Below are positions 20,752-30,965 of a DNA stretch of 64,000 bases, in pieces. The notes beneath the pieces were generated by a model. The model saw only the letters and a list, made by a program, of their open reading frames with translations. It had not been told where the DNA came from and ran no database searches. A program made the position numbers and the translations under genes. Location of the stretch: the NCBI GenBank assembly GCA_965216395.1, contig OZ244156.1, forward strand, positions 648,765 through 712,764, given 5' to 3'. Positions within the stretch are counted from its first letter, which is position 1. Each line of letters begins with the position of its first letter. The stretch comes from Alphaproteobacteria bacterium (lineage in GTDB: Bacteria; Pseudomonadota; Alphaproteobacteria; Micavibrionales; SZUA-601).

Positions 20752-23040
20752 GTGTTAAAACGAATTCTAAAAATGGCAAGCCTTGTGTGCTTGATTGGTT
20801 TTTCATCGATTATCTTTACGCATCCTGTTTCGGCACAATCAACTGAAGTGATTCAAGATATTCAAATTAATGGAATTAAGCGTATTGAACCCGAAACCGT
20901 GCTTTCCTACCTGACCTTACAAAGAGGCGAAGCTTTCGATGCTTATGAGGTCAATGAATCGCTTAAAAGTTTATTTGCCACGGGGTTATTTTCAGATATA
21001 TCTTTTTATAAACAAGCCCAAACTTTAGTGATTGATGCAGTAGAAAATCCGATCATTAACGAAGTTGCCTTTGAAGGTAATGAAACGGTGGATGATTCCT
21101 CTTTGAGATCAGAAATTAAAATGCGCCCCCGTTCAGTTTATTCACGTTCACGTGTACAAAATGACGTTGAACGTATTACGCAAATTTATCGTCGTCTTGG
21201 CCGTTTTTCGATAACGGTTGATCCTAAATTGATTGCTTTGGATCAAAATCGTGTCAATATCGTTTTTGAAATTAGCGAAGGTGCTAAAACTAAAATCCAA
21301 GCCATCAATTTTATTGGTAATAAGCGTTTTGATGATGACGTTTTACGTGGCGTTATCCAATCAAAAGAAGAGCGTTGGTATCGCTTTTTAACTGCGGATG
21401 ACAACTATGATGAGGATCGTATCGCTTATGATGAAGACTTATTGAGACGTTTTTACTTATCACAAGGATATGCGGATTTTAAAACAGATGCTTCTGTGGC
21501 TGAATTAAGCCCTGATAGAAAAGACTTTTTTGTGACATACACCATTACAGAAGGTGAACGTTACCGCTTTGGAGATATAAAATTTGATAATCGTCTATTA
21601 GATCTTGATGAAACCGTTTTAAAAGAAAGTTTGGTAACAGAAAAAGGGGATTGGTATAACGCAGAATTGGTCGAAGATATGACATTGGAATTAACCGATC
21701 GTGCTGCAAATTTACAATATGGTTTTGTAGAGGTCGAACCCAGTATTGAATTAGACAGTGTGAATAAAATTGTTAATTTGACCTATGTTATTAAGGAAAG
21801 TCCGCGCGTTTTTGTTGAACGTATTGAAATAAAAGGCAATGTCAGAACCTTGGATGAAGTTATTCGTCGTGAGATGGAATTATTAGAAGGGGATCCTTAT
21901 CATCGCCGTAAATTACAGAAATCTGAGCAACAAATTCGTGATTTAAACTTTTTTGAAAGTGTCAATGTTGAAACACTACGCGGTAGTCAGCCGGATCTAG
22001 CCGTCATTCAAGTCACAGTGAAAGAACAATCGACAGGTGAATTATCCGTTGGTGCAGGTTTTTCGACAACGGATGGTCCTTTGACGGATCTTAGTATTCG
22101 CGAACGTAACTTGCTTGGGCGAGGGCAGGATTTGTTACTATCAACAACAATTGCTGGGGATGCACAGGAATTTGACCTACGTTTCACTGAGCCTTATTTT
22201 CTTGATCGAGATATTCTTGCTGGAGTTGATATTTTTCACGTCACTCGAGATCTTCAAGATGAAAGTTCATATGACCAGCAATTAACCGGTGGACGCCTAC
22301 GCATGGGATATACATTGGGTCGAGATTTGCGTCACGAACTGCGTTACGGTTTAAAGACAAATGAAATTACAGATGTGGATCCAACAGCCTCTTTATTTAT
22401 TCAAAATCAAATCGGTGAACGTTCTACGTCAGAAATTGGCCATACAATAACCTACGATGTGCGTGACAGTCGCATCGAACCAACCCAAGGGCACCTCGTC
22501 AGCTTATCTAATGATTTAGCGGGTCTTGGTTTTGATGCACGATATTTTTCAACACGTGTTAAGGGAGCGAAATATTTTCCAGTCAAAGATCAGTGGGTTT
22601 TCCATGTCTTAGGTGAGGTTGGATATATATTCGGTTATGGTGACGAAGATGTTGAAATTGCTGAGCGTTATTTTATCGGTGATACCACTTTACGCGGCTT
22701 TGACCGTGCTGGTATTGGGCCACGCGATGCAGCAACAGGTGACGCGTTAGGCGGTAATAAATTTGTCCGATCTACTGCTGAATTAAGTTTTCCATTGGGT
22801 AAATTTGTTCGTGATGGTGGTTTAAAAGGCCATTTATTCACGGATGCTGGTACGCTTTATGATGTTGATGATACAGGTGCGGGGATTGAAGATGATAATT
22901 CAATCCGTTTGTCAACAGGTCTCGGGTTATCGTGGAAATCTCCACTAGGTCCACTTCGCGCTGATTTTGCATTCCCCATTATGAAAGAGGATTATGACGA
23001 TGATCAAGTATTTAGCTTTAGCTTCGGCACACGTTTCTAA
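20752..23040 (+). CDS. bamA: Outer membrane protein assembly factor BamA
   Basis: 762 aa with a GTG start and signal peptide. POTRA repeats followed by a beta-barrel ending ...FSFSFGTRF. Confidence 0.93.
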   Translation: MLKRILKMASLVCLIGFSSIIFTHPVSAQSTEVIQDIQINGIKRIEPETVLSYLTLQRGEAFDAYEVNESLKSLFATGLFSDISFYKQAQTLVIDAVENPIINEVAFEGNETVDDSSLRSEIKMRPRSVYSRSRVQNDVERITQIYRRLGRFSITVDPKLIALDQNRVNIVFEISEGAKTKIQAINFIGNKRFDDDVLRGVIQSKEERWYRFLTADDNYDEDRIAYDEDLLRRFYLSQGYADFKTDASVAELSPDRKDFFVTYTITEGERYRFGDIKFDNRLLDLDETVLKESLVTEKGDWYNAELVEDMTLELTDRAANLQYGFVEVEPSIELDSVNKIVNLTYVIKESPRVFVERIEIKGNVRTLDEVIRREMELLEGDPYHRRKLQKSEQQIRDLNFFESVNVETLRGSQPDLAVIQVTVKEQSTGELSVGAGFSTTDGPLTDLSIRERNLLGRGQDLLLSTTIAGDAQEFDLRFTEPYFLDRDILAGVDIFHVTRDLQDESSYDQQLTGGRLRMGYTLGRDLRHELRYGLKTNEITDVDPTASLFIQNQIGERSTSEIGHTITYDVRDSRIEPTQGHLVSLSNDLAGLGFDARYFSTRVKGAKYFPVKDQWVFHVLGEVGYIFGYGDEDVEIAERYFIGDTTLRGFDRAGIGPRDAATGDALGGNKFVRSTAELSFPLGKFVRDGGLKGHLFTDAGTLYDVDDTGAGIEDDNSIRLSTGLGLSWKSPLGPLRADFAFPIMKEDYDDDQVFSFSFGTRF

Positions 23041-23602
23041 GAAGTTTATTCTTCTATTATTTGCCGGTTTTTTAATTTTACCAATACATCCAAGTTTGTC
23101 AGCCGATGAAGGACAGGCCGTTGTCAGTGTTTCAGATGAACTATCTGAAGTTATTGCTATATTGGATATGCAACAATTACTCAATGAATCCAAAGCAGCA
23201 GAATCTATTCGTAAACAAATTGAATCTAAAAGAAACCAATTCCAAAAACAGATTGAAAAAGACGAAGAAAAATTAAAAAATGCTGAGAAAGAACTCATTA
23301 AACAGCGTGAAATTCTTTCAAAAGAATCTTTTCTTGAAAAAAATAAAGATTTCCAGACAGATGTTTTAAAAGCACAAAAAGAAATTGGTGAGAAAAAATA
23401 TAAACTGGATAAAGCTTATGCGAATGCAATGGCAAAATTACGTGAAGAAATTGTCAAGTTAACAGCAAAAATAGCTGCAAAAGAAAAATATGCGGTTGTT
23501 TTATCGCGTCAAAATGTAGTCATTGTTGATAAAAATATGGATATTACTGCAAAAGTCATGGGCGAATTGAATAAATCAGTTAAAAAGATATCTGTTGAAT
23601 AA
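22994..23602 (+). CDS. skp: OmpH/Skp-family periplasmic chaperone
   Basis: Signal peptide followed by a long K/E/Q-rich coiled-coil. Canonical position between bamA and lpxD. Overlaps the bamA 3' end by ~41-47 nt depending on start. Confidence 0.8.
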   Translation: MTMIKYLALASAHVSKKFILLLFAGFLILPIHPSLSADEGQAVVSVSDELSEVIAILDMQQLLNESKAAESIRKQIESKRNQFQKQIEKDEEKLKNAEKELIKQREILSKESFLEKNKDFQTDVLKAQKEIGEKKYKLDKAYANAMAKLREEIVKLTAKIAAKEKYAVVLSRQNVVIVDKNMDITAKVMGELNKSVKKISVE

Positions 23603-23608
23603 GGAAGT

Positions 23609-24646
23609 TTGATTGTGGCTGATACACGCTTTTATAGAAAACCAACACCATTATCCCTTCGTGAAGTTATTGAAATTTCCGGTGCTGAAGTTGTTTCTGG
23701 TGTTGATTTGGATAAAACAATATCTGATGTTGCACCTATTCACACAGCGCAAGGTGATGAACTTAGTTTTTTAGATAATAAAAAATATTTAGATATATTT
23801 ACTCAAAGTCAGGCGGGTTTCTGTTTTGTTCACCCAGATCAGGCTGATAAAGCGCCTAAAGGCATGATTTTACTATTATCTAAAGAGCCTTATAAGGCTT
23901 ATGCTCTATCGGCACAGGCTTTTTATCCAAAACCATCTTGGAATAAGACTTATATTGCTGAGAATGCTTTTGTTCATCCAAAGGCTAAAATTGGACGCCA
24001 CTGTATCATAGATCATAATGTCTACATTGGACGTGACGTAGAAATTGGTGATCAATGTTGGATCCGCCCAAATACGGTTATTGGACCAGGTTCTGTCATT
24101 GGTAATAACACGATTATTGGGTCTAATAGTAGTTTGAGTCACTGTATCATTGGACAGGGGTGTCAGTTTTTACCTGGTGTGCGTATTGGACAAGATGGGT
24201 TTGGTTTTGCCATAGACCCTGCGGGTCACGTTCCTGTGCCACAATTAGGACGTGTTATTATTGGTGACCGTGTGTATATCGGCGCCAATACCACGATTGA
24301 CCGTGGCGCGGGGCCAGATACCGAGATCGGTGATGGGACAATGATTGATAATTTGGTGCAAATTGCTCATAATGTGAAAATTGGTAAATTTTGTATTATT
24401 GTTTCCCAAGTGGGTATTTCGGGCAGTTCGATCATTGAGGATTATGCCGTATTAGCCGGGCAGGTCGGTGTCGCAGGACATATAACCATTGGTCGTGGTG
24501 CACGCATTGCTGCGCAATCTGGTTTGATGCGTGATATTCCCGCCGGTGCAGAAGTGATGGGTTCTCCAGCTGTGCCATTGCGTGATTATTTTAAACAGGT
24601 TGCAACCTTAGCAAATTTAACGAAAACTAAAAAAGCGAGATCATAA
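23609..24646 (+). CDS. lpxD: UDP-3-O-acylglucosamine N-acyltransferase
   Basis: 345 aa with left-handed beta-helix hexapeptide repeats. Starts at TTG (or GTG at 23615). Precedes fabZ. Confidence 0.92.
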   Translation: MIVADTRFYRKPTPLSLREVIEISGAEVVSGVDLDKTISDVAPIHTAQGDELSFLDNKKYLDIFTQSQAGFCFVHPDQADKAPKGMILLLSKEPYKAYALSAQAFYPKPSWNKTYIAENAFVHPKAKIGRHCIIDHNVYIGRDVEIGDQCWIRPNTVIGPGSVIGNNTIIGSNSSLSHCIIGQGCQFLPGVRIGQDGFGFAIDPAGHVPVPQLGRVIIGDRVYIGANTTIDRGAGPDTEIGDGTMIDNLVQIAHNVKIGKFCIIVSQVGISGSSIIEDYAVLAGQVGVAGHITIGRGARIAAQSGLMRDIPAGAEVMGSPAVPLRDYFKQVATLANLTKTKKARS

Positions 24647-25110
24647 TGAATGAAAATACAGAGATTGTTTTAGATGTTAATCGAATTATGGATTTAATCC
24701 CGCATCGTTATCCATTTTTACTTGTGGATAAATTGACTAATATTGTTAAAGGTAAAAGTGCGGTTGGTATTAAAAATGTCACTATTAATGAAGGTTTGTT
24801 CCAAGGACATTTCCCTGGTCATCCAATTTTTCCAGGTGTTTTGATTGTTGAGGCCATGGCACAAACAGCCGGTGCCCTCGTGGTACACAGTTTGGGTGAT
24901 GGTGCCAAAGATAAACTCGTCTATTTTATGACGATTGATGAAGCACGTTTTCGTAAACCCGTTGTCCCTGGTGATCAATTGCGTTTAGAAGTCGAAGTTA
25001 TTCGTTCACGTGGTGCCGTTTGGAAATTCAGTGGCAAAGCGTATGTGGGTGAAACACTTTGTTCACAAGCCACTTATTCAGCCATGATCATGGATAAAGA
25101 CGATCAATAA
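24646..25110 (+). CDS. fabZ: 3-hydroxyacyl-ACP dehydratase FabZ
   Basis: LPHRYPFLLVD...FQGHFPGHPIFPGVLIVEAMAQ hotdog-fold signature. 1-nt overlap with lpxD. Confidence 0.95.
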   Translation: MNENTEIVLDVNRIMDLIPHRYPFLLVDKLTNIVKGKSAVGIKNVTINEGLFQGHFPGHPIFPGVLIVEAMAQTAGALVVHSLGDGAKDKLVYFMTIDEARFRKPVVPGDQLRLEVEVIRSRGAVWKFSGKAYVGETLCSQATYSAMIMDKDDQ

Positions 25111-25150
25111 ACATTAAGTTATATATACCATAAAATAATATAAAATTTTA

Positions 25151-25179
25151 TTGACATTTTGAATAAATTTTGTTAATTT
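25151..25179 (+). promoter_or_regulatory. Putative sigma70 promoter of the 498-aa orphan gene (TTGACA-N17-TAATTT)
   Basis: Perfect -35 hexamer at 25151-25156, 17-nt spacer, AT-rich -10 at 25174-25179, in a 103-bp very AT-rich gap. GAGG SD lies 8 nt before the ATG at 25214. Confidence 0.5.
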
Positions 25180-25213
25180 GTTAAAAATTACTTAATTTGT
25201 TGAGGTTCTGACG

Positions 25214-26710
25214 ATGTCAAATACAAATGCAGCGGTAGAAAATGACCCAGAAATTAAAAAGAAAAAAGAAGCTATCGCAAAAATTGCAGAATTTGTGCCT
25301 AATATTAAAAATTCAGTTGAAAATGCTGCGAAATATTATCCGAGAATTTATCGGAACGCGCAAAAAGCGATCTATGAACTCATGCTTGAAACGATGGAAA
25401 ATCATTTTTCTGAGAGAATTGAAAGCTATTATAGAGAGTTAGAATGTAGAGATAAACATCTTGTTAAAGATGAAAATATTATAAATAAAATTTTTAAAAA
25501 GAAAAAAACAAAAGTAATTCCAAATCAAAAAAAATATCCGTCACAATATGAATGTTATATGCGTCACCAAAATACGGCAGAATTTCATAAAAAAACGATT
25601 CTTGAAAATTTAAAAATTTATGCACAAATTGATCATTCTTATGCAAATTTTTTAGATAAAGATAATTTACAATATAGAAATGTAAATCAGATTCCTGAAG
25701 AAATTGTATCAAAAGAAACACAAGCAGAGATTTATAATCAAAAAATTTCTGTAGAAAGTCTCGATATTTTTCTCAATGAAAGTTTTTATTTCTATCAAAA
25801 ACGAACATTTTTAGAGCAATTTGGCTCTTATACAAAAATACAGATTGATAACTCGACCATAGATTTCACCGGTCTGCTATATGTTTTGAAAGAGTTACCA
25901 AAGAAAATTGACCTTTCGGAGAAAGCACACGAAAGCCGGGATGAATTTATTAAAAATATGGAACATGATACCACGACTGAGGTTGGTGTTTCAGAATTAA
26001 TGCTATTGAATCTTGATCAACTGGAAGAAATGGCTTTAACTGCAAAAAGGCAGGTCGATTTTTTCTCTGGGCATTTAGATAGAATACAAAAATTAGATAT
26101 GGTCTTAGCGACCGACAAAAGAGATGATAAAAACAAATCATCACAGAAAAGCTTCTCTAAAATGACAATAGAAGAAAACTGTAAATACTTTTCATATAGT
26201 TTGTCCTCTATAGAAAAATCCGAATATGGCAGCATCCATGAACAAGAAGGATTTTCTCGTTTTATTCCAGAATATCGTGATACGATTAAAGACCCTATAA
26301 TGGCGCAAAAATTGATAAATAGGTTTAAAGATAATGGGCTTGATGCCTATTCTTTACCAAATAGTTGTGCTGTAGCGCTTGATTTAACAGGCCAGAAACC
26401 TGAAATAGACGATGGCACCATTGCTAATCAAATCAATGATATATTGAGTTCTGATTCTGATCTTTATTATAGTTCTAAACAAGTTGCTATGACACCAATA
26501 ACAGCAAGAAGCGGTGTTTTATCAAAAAAAGACGAACCAGTCTTTTTTAACGGTTGGACACAGCTGCTTTATAAAGAAGGAGGTGTAACAGACCTTCGTG
26601 ATAAAAAAGCCATCTTATTACGTGTTGATGAAAACCGTATTACTGCAACTGAAATTATCAAACAGGTAGATAAAATAGTTGCTGTGATTAAAAAATCGGT
26701 TATCCAATAA
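25214..26710 (+). CDS. Hypothetical protein, 498 aa, lineage-specific orphan (no recognisable domain)
   Basis: Long uninterrupted ORF with an SD, its own promoter and its own terminator. K/E/N/D-rich. No signal peptide, TM segment or catalytic motif recognised by eye. Much more AT-rich than the flanking fabZ and lpxA. Confidence 0.75.
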   Translation: MSNTNAAVENDPEIKKKKEAIAKIAEFVPNIKNSVENAAKYYPRIYRNAQKAIYELMLETMENHFSERIESYYRELECRDKHLVKDENIINKIFKKKKTKVIPNQKKYPSQYECYMRHQNTAEFHKKTILENLKIYAQIDHSYANFLDKDNLQYRNVNQIPEEIVSKETQAEIYNQKISVESLDIFLNESFYFYQKRTFLEQFGSYTKIQIDNSTIDFTGLLYVLKELPKKIDLSEKAHESRDEFIKNMEHDTTTEVGVSELMLLNLDQLEEMALTAKRQVDFFSGHLDRIQKLDMVLATDKRDDKNKSSQKSFSKMTIEENCKYFSYSLSSIEKSEYGSIHEQEGFSRFIPEYRDTIKDPIMAQKLINRFKDNGLDAYSLPNSCAVALDLTGQKPEIDDGTIANQINDILSSDSDLYYSSKQVAMTPITARSGVLSKKDEPVFFNGWTQLLYKEGGVTDLRDKKAILLRVDENRITATEIIKQVDKIVAVIKKSVIQ

Positions 26711-26730
26711 TAGTGATCATAAATCATTGT

Positions 26731-26766
26731 AACACCCTGTCATTTTTTGTGATGGGGTGTTTGTTT
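26731..26766 (+). terminator. Rho-independent terminator of the orphan gene
   Basis: AACACCCTGTCA / TGATGGGGTGTT form a 12-bp stem (two G-U pairs) with a 7-nt loop, followed by TGTTT. Lies 20 nt after the stop codon. Confidence 0.6.
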
Positions 26767-26798
26767 ACATCCAATAGATCACAGATTATAACCGTATT

Positions 26799-27608
26799 AT
26801 GACTGATAAATCTTACATCCATCCCACAGCTATTATTCATGATCAAGCGAAGATTGGTTGCCATGTTTATATTGGCCCTTATTGCATTATTGGAGAGAAT
26901 GTTGTTCTTTCTGATCATTGTCGGTTACATGCCCATGTCGTTGTTGACGGCTATACTGAAATCGGTGAGGGGACAGAAATTTTCCCATTCGCCAGTATTG
27001 GCACTGCACCACAAGATTTAAAATATAAAGGGGAAGCATCGCGCTTAATCATTGGTAAGCGGAATAAAATTCGTGAACATGTGACGATGAATCCAGGTAC
27101 ACAAGATGACAATATGGTGACACGCGTTGGCGATGATTGTCTTTTTATGATGGGCAGCCATGTCGCTCATGATTGTATCGTGGGTAATCATGTGATTTTG
27201 GCTAATAATGCGACCTTGGCTGGTCATGTTAAGGTGGGTGATCGTGTTATTATCGGGGGGCTCTCGGCTGTACGACAATTTGCCCGTATTGGCAAAGGGG
27301 CAATTATTGGGGGTATGACAGGCGTTGAAAATGATGTCATTCCCTATGGTTTAGTTATGGGCGAGCGTGGATCGTTAGCGGGGCTTAATTTGGTTGGTCT
27401 TCAGCGCTCTGGATTGACTTCACAACAAATTAATGATTTACGTGCAGTTTTTAAAACGCTTTTCCAAAGCGATGAAGGCGTTTTAAACCAACGTTTAGAA
27501 AAAGTAGCCAATGATTATCAAGACAATGATTTAGTCAATGAGATTGTCGAATTTGTAAAAAATAAAAATAAATTAGCGATTTGCCAACCTAAAACTCATC
27601 ATGCCTAA
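26799..27608 (+). CDS. lpxA: Acyl-ACP--UDP-N-acetylglucosamine O-acyltransferase
   Basis: 269 aa with hexapeptide-repeat beta-helix and a C-terminal helical domain. Followed by lpxI and lpxB. Confidence 0.93.
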   Translation: MTDKSYIHPTAIIHDQAKIGCHVYIGPYCIIGENVVLSDHCRLHAHVVVDGYTEIGEGTEIFPFASIGTAPQDLKYKGEASRLIIGKRNKIREHVTMNPGTQDDNMVTRVGDDCLFMMGSHVAHDCIVGNHVILANNATLAGHVKVGDRVIIGGLSAVRQFARIGKGAIIGGMTGVENDVIPYGLVMGERGSLAGLNLVGLQRSGLTSQQINDLRAVFKTLFQSDEGVLNQRLEKVANDYQDNDLVNEIVEFVKNKNKLAICQPKTHHA

Positions 27609-28431
27609 ATTTAAAAAACTTGCGATTTTATCTGGTGGCGGTGACTTACCTAAAAAGGTTGCCGAAAAATGCCATAAAGAAAATATTCCTTATTTTGTTA
27701 TTGGTCTTAAGGGGTTTGTCGATCATGGATGGATCGATCAGCACCCACATCAAATCATTCCGATAGGTTTTGCAGGTAAGATTTTTAAAACACTTAAAAG
27801 CCAACAAGCTGATCATGTTGTTTTAGCTGGAAATATTCGTCGTCCTTCTTGGAAAGAAATGATTCCCGATATTCGTGGTGCTTTGTTAATAAAAAAATTT
27901 AAAAAAGGCGTGCAAGGAGATAATAGTATTTTAACCGTGATTGCTGATGAAATAGAAAATGAAGGTTATAAAGTAATCGGTGCGCATGAAATATGTACAA
28001 ATCTTTTGGCCGTTGAAAAAAAATATACGAATAAGAATCCCACACAGGAAGATTTGTTGAATATAAAAAATGGCTTTAACATTTTGGCCGATATTGGCCG
28101 CGCCGATATTGGTCAATCTCTCGTGATTCAAGATGGTCTTATATTAGGTGTTGAAGCAATTGAAGGCACGGATGAATTGGTTAGACGTTGCGCGCAATAT
28201 AAAAGAAAAACGAAACATCCCCTTTTAATAAAAGGCAAAAAACCACATCAGGATGAGCGGATTGACTTACCAACGATCGGGTTAAAAACGGTTCAAAATG
28301 TTGTTCGTTCTGGTTTTTCTGGGATTGCTATTCAAGCAGAGAAAACGATTTTTCTTGAACAAGAACAAGCCATTGCTTTGGCTAATCAGCACAATGTCTT
28401 TATCATTGGTTTTAAGCCCAGTAGCGAATAA
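27601..28431 (+). CDS. lpxI: UDP-2,3-diacylglucosamine diphosphatase LpxI (DUF1009)
   Basis: LAILSGGGDLP N-terminus and DIGQSLVIQDGLILGVEAIEGTDELV motif. Sits between lpxA and lpxB as in other alphaproteobacteria. 8-nt overlap with lpxA. Confidence 0.85.
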   Translation: MPKFKKLAILSGGGDLPKKVAEKCHKENIPYFVIGLKGFVDHGWIDQHPHQIIPIGFAGKIFKTLKSQQADHVVLAGNIRRPSWKEMIPDIRGALLIKKFKKGVQGDNSILTVIADEIENEGYKVIGAHEICTNLLAVEKKYTNKNPTQEDLLNIKNGFNILADIGRADIGQSLVIQDGLILGVEAIEGTDELVRRCAQYKRKTKHPLLIKGKKPHQDERIDLPTIGLKTVQNVVRSGFSGIAIQAEKTIFLEQEQAIALANQHNVFIIGFKPSSE

Positions 28432-28443
28432 TAGAGAAATAAT

Positions 28444-29589
28444 ATGGCATATAGGTTTTTTATTATTGCTGGCGAAGCCTCTGGTGATTTAATAGGTGCC
28501 CAGTTAATCGGCGCTTTAAAAGAAAAATTTGGTACAAATATTGAAATTTTTGGTGTTGGCGGTTCATTCATGCAAGAACAGGGCCTCGATACAATTTTTC
28601 CTATGTCGGATCTTTCAATTATGGGGATTGCGGAAGTTTTGCCACAAATACCTAAAATATTGAAACGTATTCAAGAAACGGTGCATATGATCGGTATATC
28701 AAAACCAAACATTGTAATTACAATTGACTCACCTGATTTTTCTTTTCGTGTCGCCAAGAAAGTCAAAAAGCAATATCCTGATTTACCTGTTATTCATTAT
28801 GTTGCGCCGACGGTTTGGGCATGGCGCCCCAAAAGAGCCAAGAAAATTGCCCAATTTTTAGATGGTATTTTGTGCCTTTTCCCCTTTGAGCCTAAATATT
28901 TTGAAAAAGAAGGGTTAAAAGCATTTTTTGTTGGTCATCCACTGGCAACGTCAATCCCACAATTTTCAAGTAAAGATATAAATAATTTTGCTAAAAAATA
29001 TGGTTTAAATCGCAAAAATCCAGTGATTACGATCTTACCAGGCAGTCGGGGTGGTGAAATCAAACGTTTAACGCCTGTATTACAAGAAACAATCACACGG
29101 TTGAAAGCACAACGTCCAGAAGTGCAAATTATTATTCCAACCTTGCCATCTTGGACAAAATATATGCAAAAGCATTTTCCCAATACAGATCTCATCATTG
29201 ACCAAAAATCTGATAAATACTGTGCTTTTGCCATTAGTAGTTTGGCTATTCATGCTTCGGGTACGGTGGCCTTGGAATTAGCATTATCAGGCACACCCAT
29301 GATAACAATTTATAAAATATCTCCCTTAACAGCAATATTGGCTAAATTACTGATCAAAACGAAACATGTTAATTTGGTCAATATCTTGTTATCTAAACCA
29401 ATTATCCCAGAATTATTACAAAAAGAATGTAACACGTTAAATATCATTAATGCTGTTGATCGGATATTAGATGATCAACAAAATCTTCTAATGCAAAAAA
29501 GCGCCTTGGCATCTTTGAAAGAAATACTTTTAACAGAAACAAAAACACCAGCCGCAACGGCGGCTGATGCGATTGCTGAATATCTATAA
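28444..29589 (+). CDS. lpxB: Lipid-A-disaccharide synthase
   Basis: IIAGEASGDLIGAQL N-terminus. 381 aa with a GT-B fold pattern. Confidence 0.92.
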   Translation: MAYRFFIIAGEASGDLIGAQLIGALKEKFGTNIEIFGVGGSFMQEQGLDTIFPMSDLSIMGIAEVLPQIPKILKRIQETVHMIGISKPNIVITIDSPDFSFRVAKKVKKQYPDLPVIHYVAPTVWAWRPKRAKKIAQFLDGILCLFPFEPKYFEKEGLKAFFVGHPLATSIPQFSSKDINNFAKKYGLNRKNPVITILPGSRGGEIKRLTPVLQETITRLKAQRPEVQIIIPTLPSWTKYMQKHFPNTDLIIDQKSDKYCAFAISSLAIHASGTVALELALSGTPMITIYKISPLTAILAKLLIKTKHVNLVNILLSKPIIPELLQKECNTLNIINAVDRILDDQQNLLMQKSALASLKEILLTETKTPAATAADAIAEYL

Positions 29590-29594
29590 AAACT

Positions 29595-30890
29595 CTAGCG
29601 TTTAGAGAGCGGTTTAAATTTACGTGTTTGTTCACCTAAATAAAGTTGACGTGGACGCCCGATTTTGAATGTTGGATCTTCAATTAATTCTTTCCATTGG
29701 GCAATCCAGCCAACTGTCCTTGCTACAGCAAATAAAACAGTGAAAAATTGTGTTGGGAAACCCATTGCTTGGTAAATAATACCAGAATAAAAATCAACAT
29801 TGGGGAAGAGCTTACGATCAACAAAATAAGGATCATTCAACGCAATTTTTTCTAATTCCAAAGCCAGTTTTAATTTAGGGTTATCCTGCATTTTTAGTTC
29901 TTTAAGAACGTCATGGCAGGCTTTTTGAATGACCTTAGCGCGCGGGTCATAATTGCGATAAACGCGGTGACCAAAGCCCATAAGACGATATTTCTTTTTC
30001 TTAACGCCTTCAATAAATTCAGGGATATTTTCAACCGAACCAATGCCATCCAACATGGTTAATACGGCTTCATTTGCACCACCATGACTTGGCCCCCAAA
30101 GAGACGCAATCCCCGCAGAAATACACGCAAAAGGATTAGCCCCCGAAGAAGCAGCCAAACGCACAGTGGAAGTGGATGCGTTTTGTTCATGATCGGCGTG
30201 CAAAATAAAGAGTTTACGCATGGCATCAGAAATAACAGGATTGACCTTATATTGCTCGCTTGGGAGAGAGAAACACATATGTAAAAAGTTTTCAGAATAG
30301 CGTAAATCATTGCGCGGATAAACAAAGGGTTGACCCGCATTATATTTAAAGGTCATGGCCGCTAGAGTCGAGACTTTCGCAATAAGGCGATGGGTCGCTA
30401 AATTTCTTTCTTCGGGGGTATCGAAATTTATACTGTCATTATAAAAGGCTGAAAGACCGCCCATTGCACCACACATCACGGCCATGGGGTGTGCATCACG
30501 ACGAAACCCACGGTAAAAATATTGTACTTGTTCATGAACTAATGAATGATGAGTAATACTATGTTCAAATTGATCTTTTTCTTTTTTATTAGGCAATTCG
30601 CCATTGAGAAGAAGGTAAGCCACCTCCATAAACGTACACTTAGCCGCCAAATCTTCAATTTTATAACCCCGATGTGTCAAAATACCTTTATCACCATCAA
30701 TAAAACTAATATTTGAATGGCAAGAACCTGTGGATGTAAAACCAGGGTCGTAAGTAAAACGCCCCGTTTGTTTATAAAGCGAACGTAAATCAATGACCTC
30801 AGGCCCCATTGTTCCTTCTAAAATTGGGAATTCATAGCGCTCATCTGTGCCATTAATGGTTAAAGTCGCTGTTTTATCTTTGTTCGTCAT
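29595..30890 (-). CDS. gltA: Citrate synthase (type II)
   Basis: 431 aa. [15 protein letters not shown] and [14 protein letters not shown] motifs. Confidence 0.96.
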   Translation of the reverse strand: MTNKDKTATLTINGTDERYEFPILEGTMGPEVIDLRSLYKQTGRFTYDPGFTSTGSCHSNISFIDGDKGILTHRGYKIEDLAAKCTFMEVAYLLLNGELPNKKEKDQFEHSITHHSLVHEQVQYFYRGFRRDAHPMAVMCGAMGGLSAFYNDSINFDTPEERNLATHRLIAKVSTLAAMTFKYNAGQPFVYPRNDLRYSENFLHMCFSLPSEQYKVNPVISDAMRKLFILHADHEQNASTSTVRLAASSGANPFACISAGIASLWGPSHGGANEAVLTMLDGIGSVENIPEFIEGVKKKKYRLMGFGHRVYRNYDPRAKVIQKACHDVLKELKMQDNPKLKLALELEKIALNDPYFVDRKLFPNVDFYSGIIYQAMGFPTQFFTVLFAVARTVGWIAQWKELIEDPTFKIGRPRQLYLGEQTRKFKPLSKR

Positions 30891-30965
30891 GAAAAACTTA
30901 CCTCACAATATTTTTAAAATAAATCTGCAGATACTATAGAACAAAAGGAATGAAAGAATAATGAA

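Noticed and set aside
29587-29597. Convergent gene pairs with almost no spacer or with overlaps (lpxB/gltA 5 nt apart; comEC/lexA 4-nt overlap at 34520-34523; SRPBCC/DUF218 10-nt overlap at 55815-55824)
   Set aside because: This is consistent with general genome compaction. No hairpin or other specific element is visible at these junctions.
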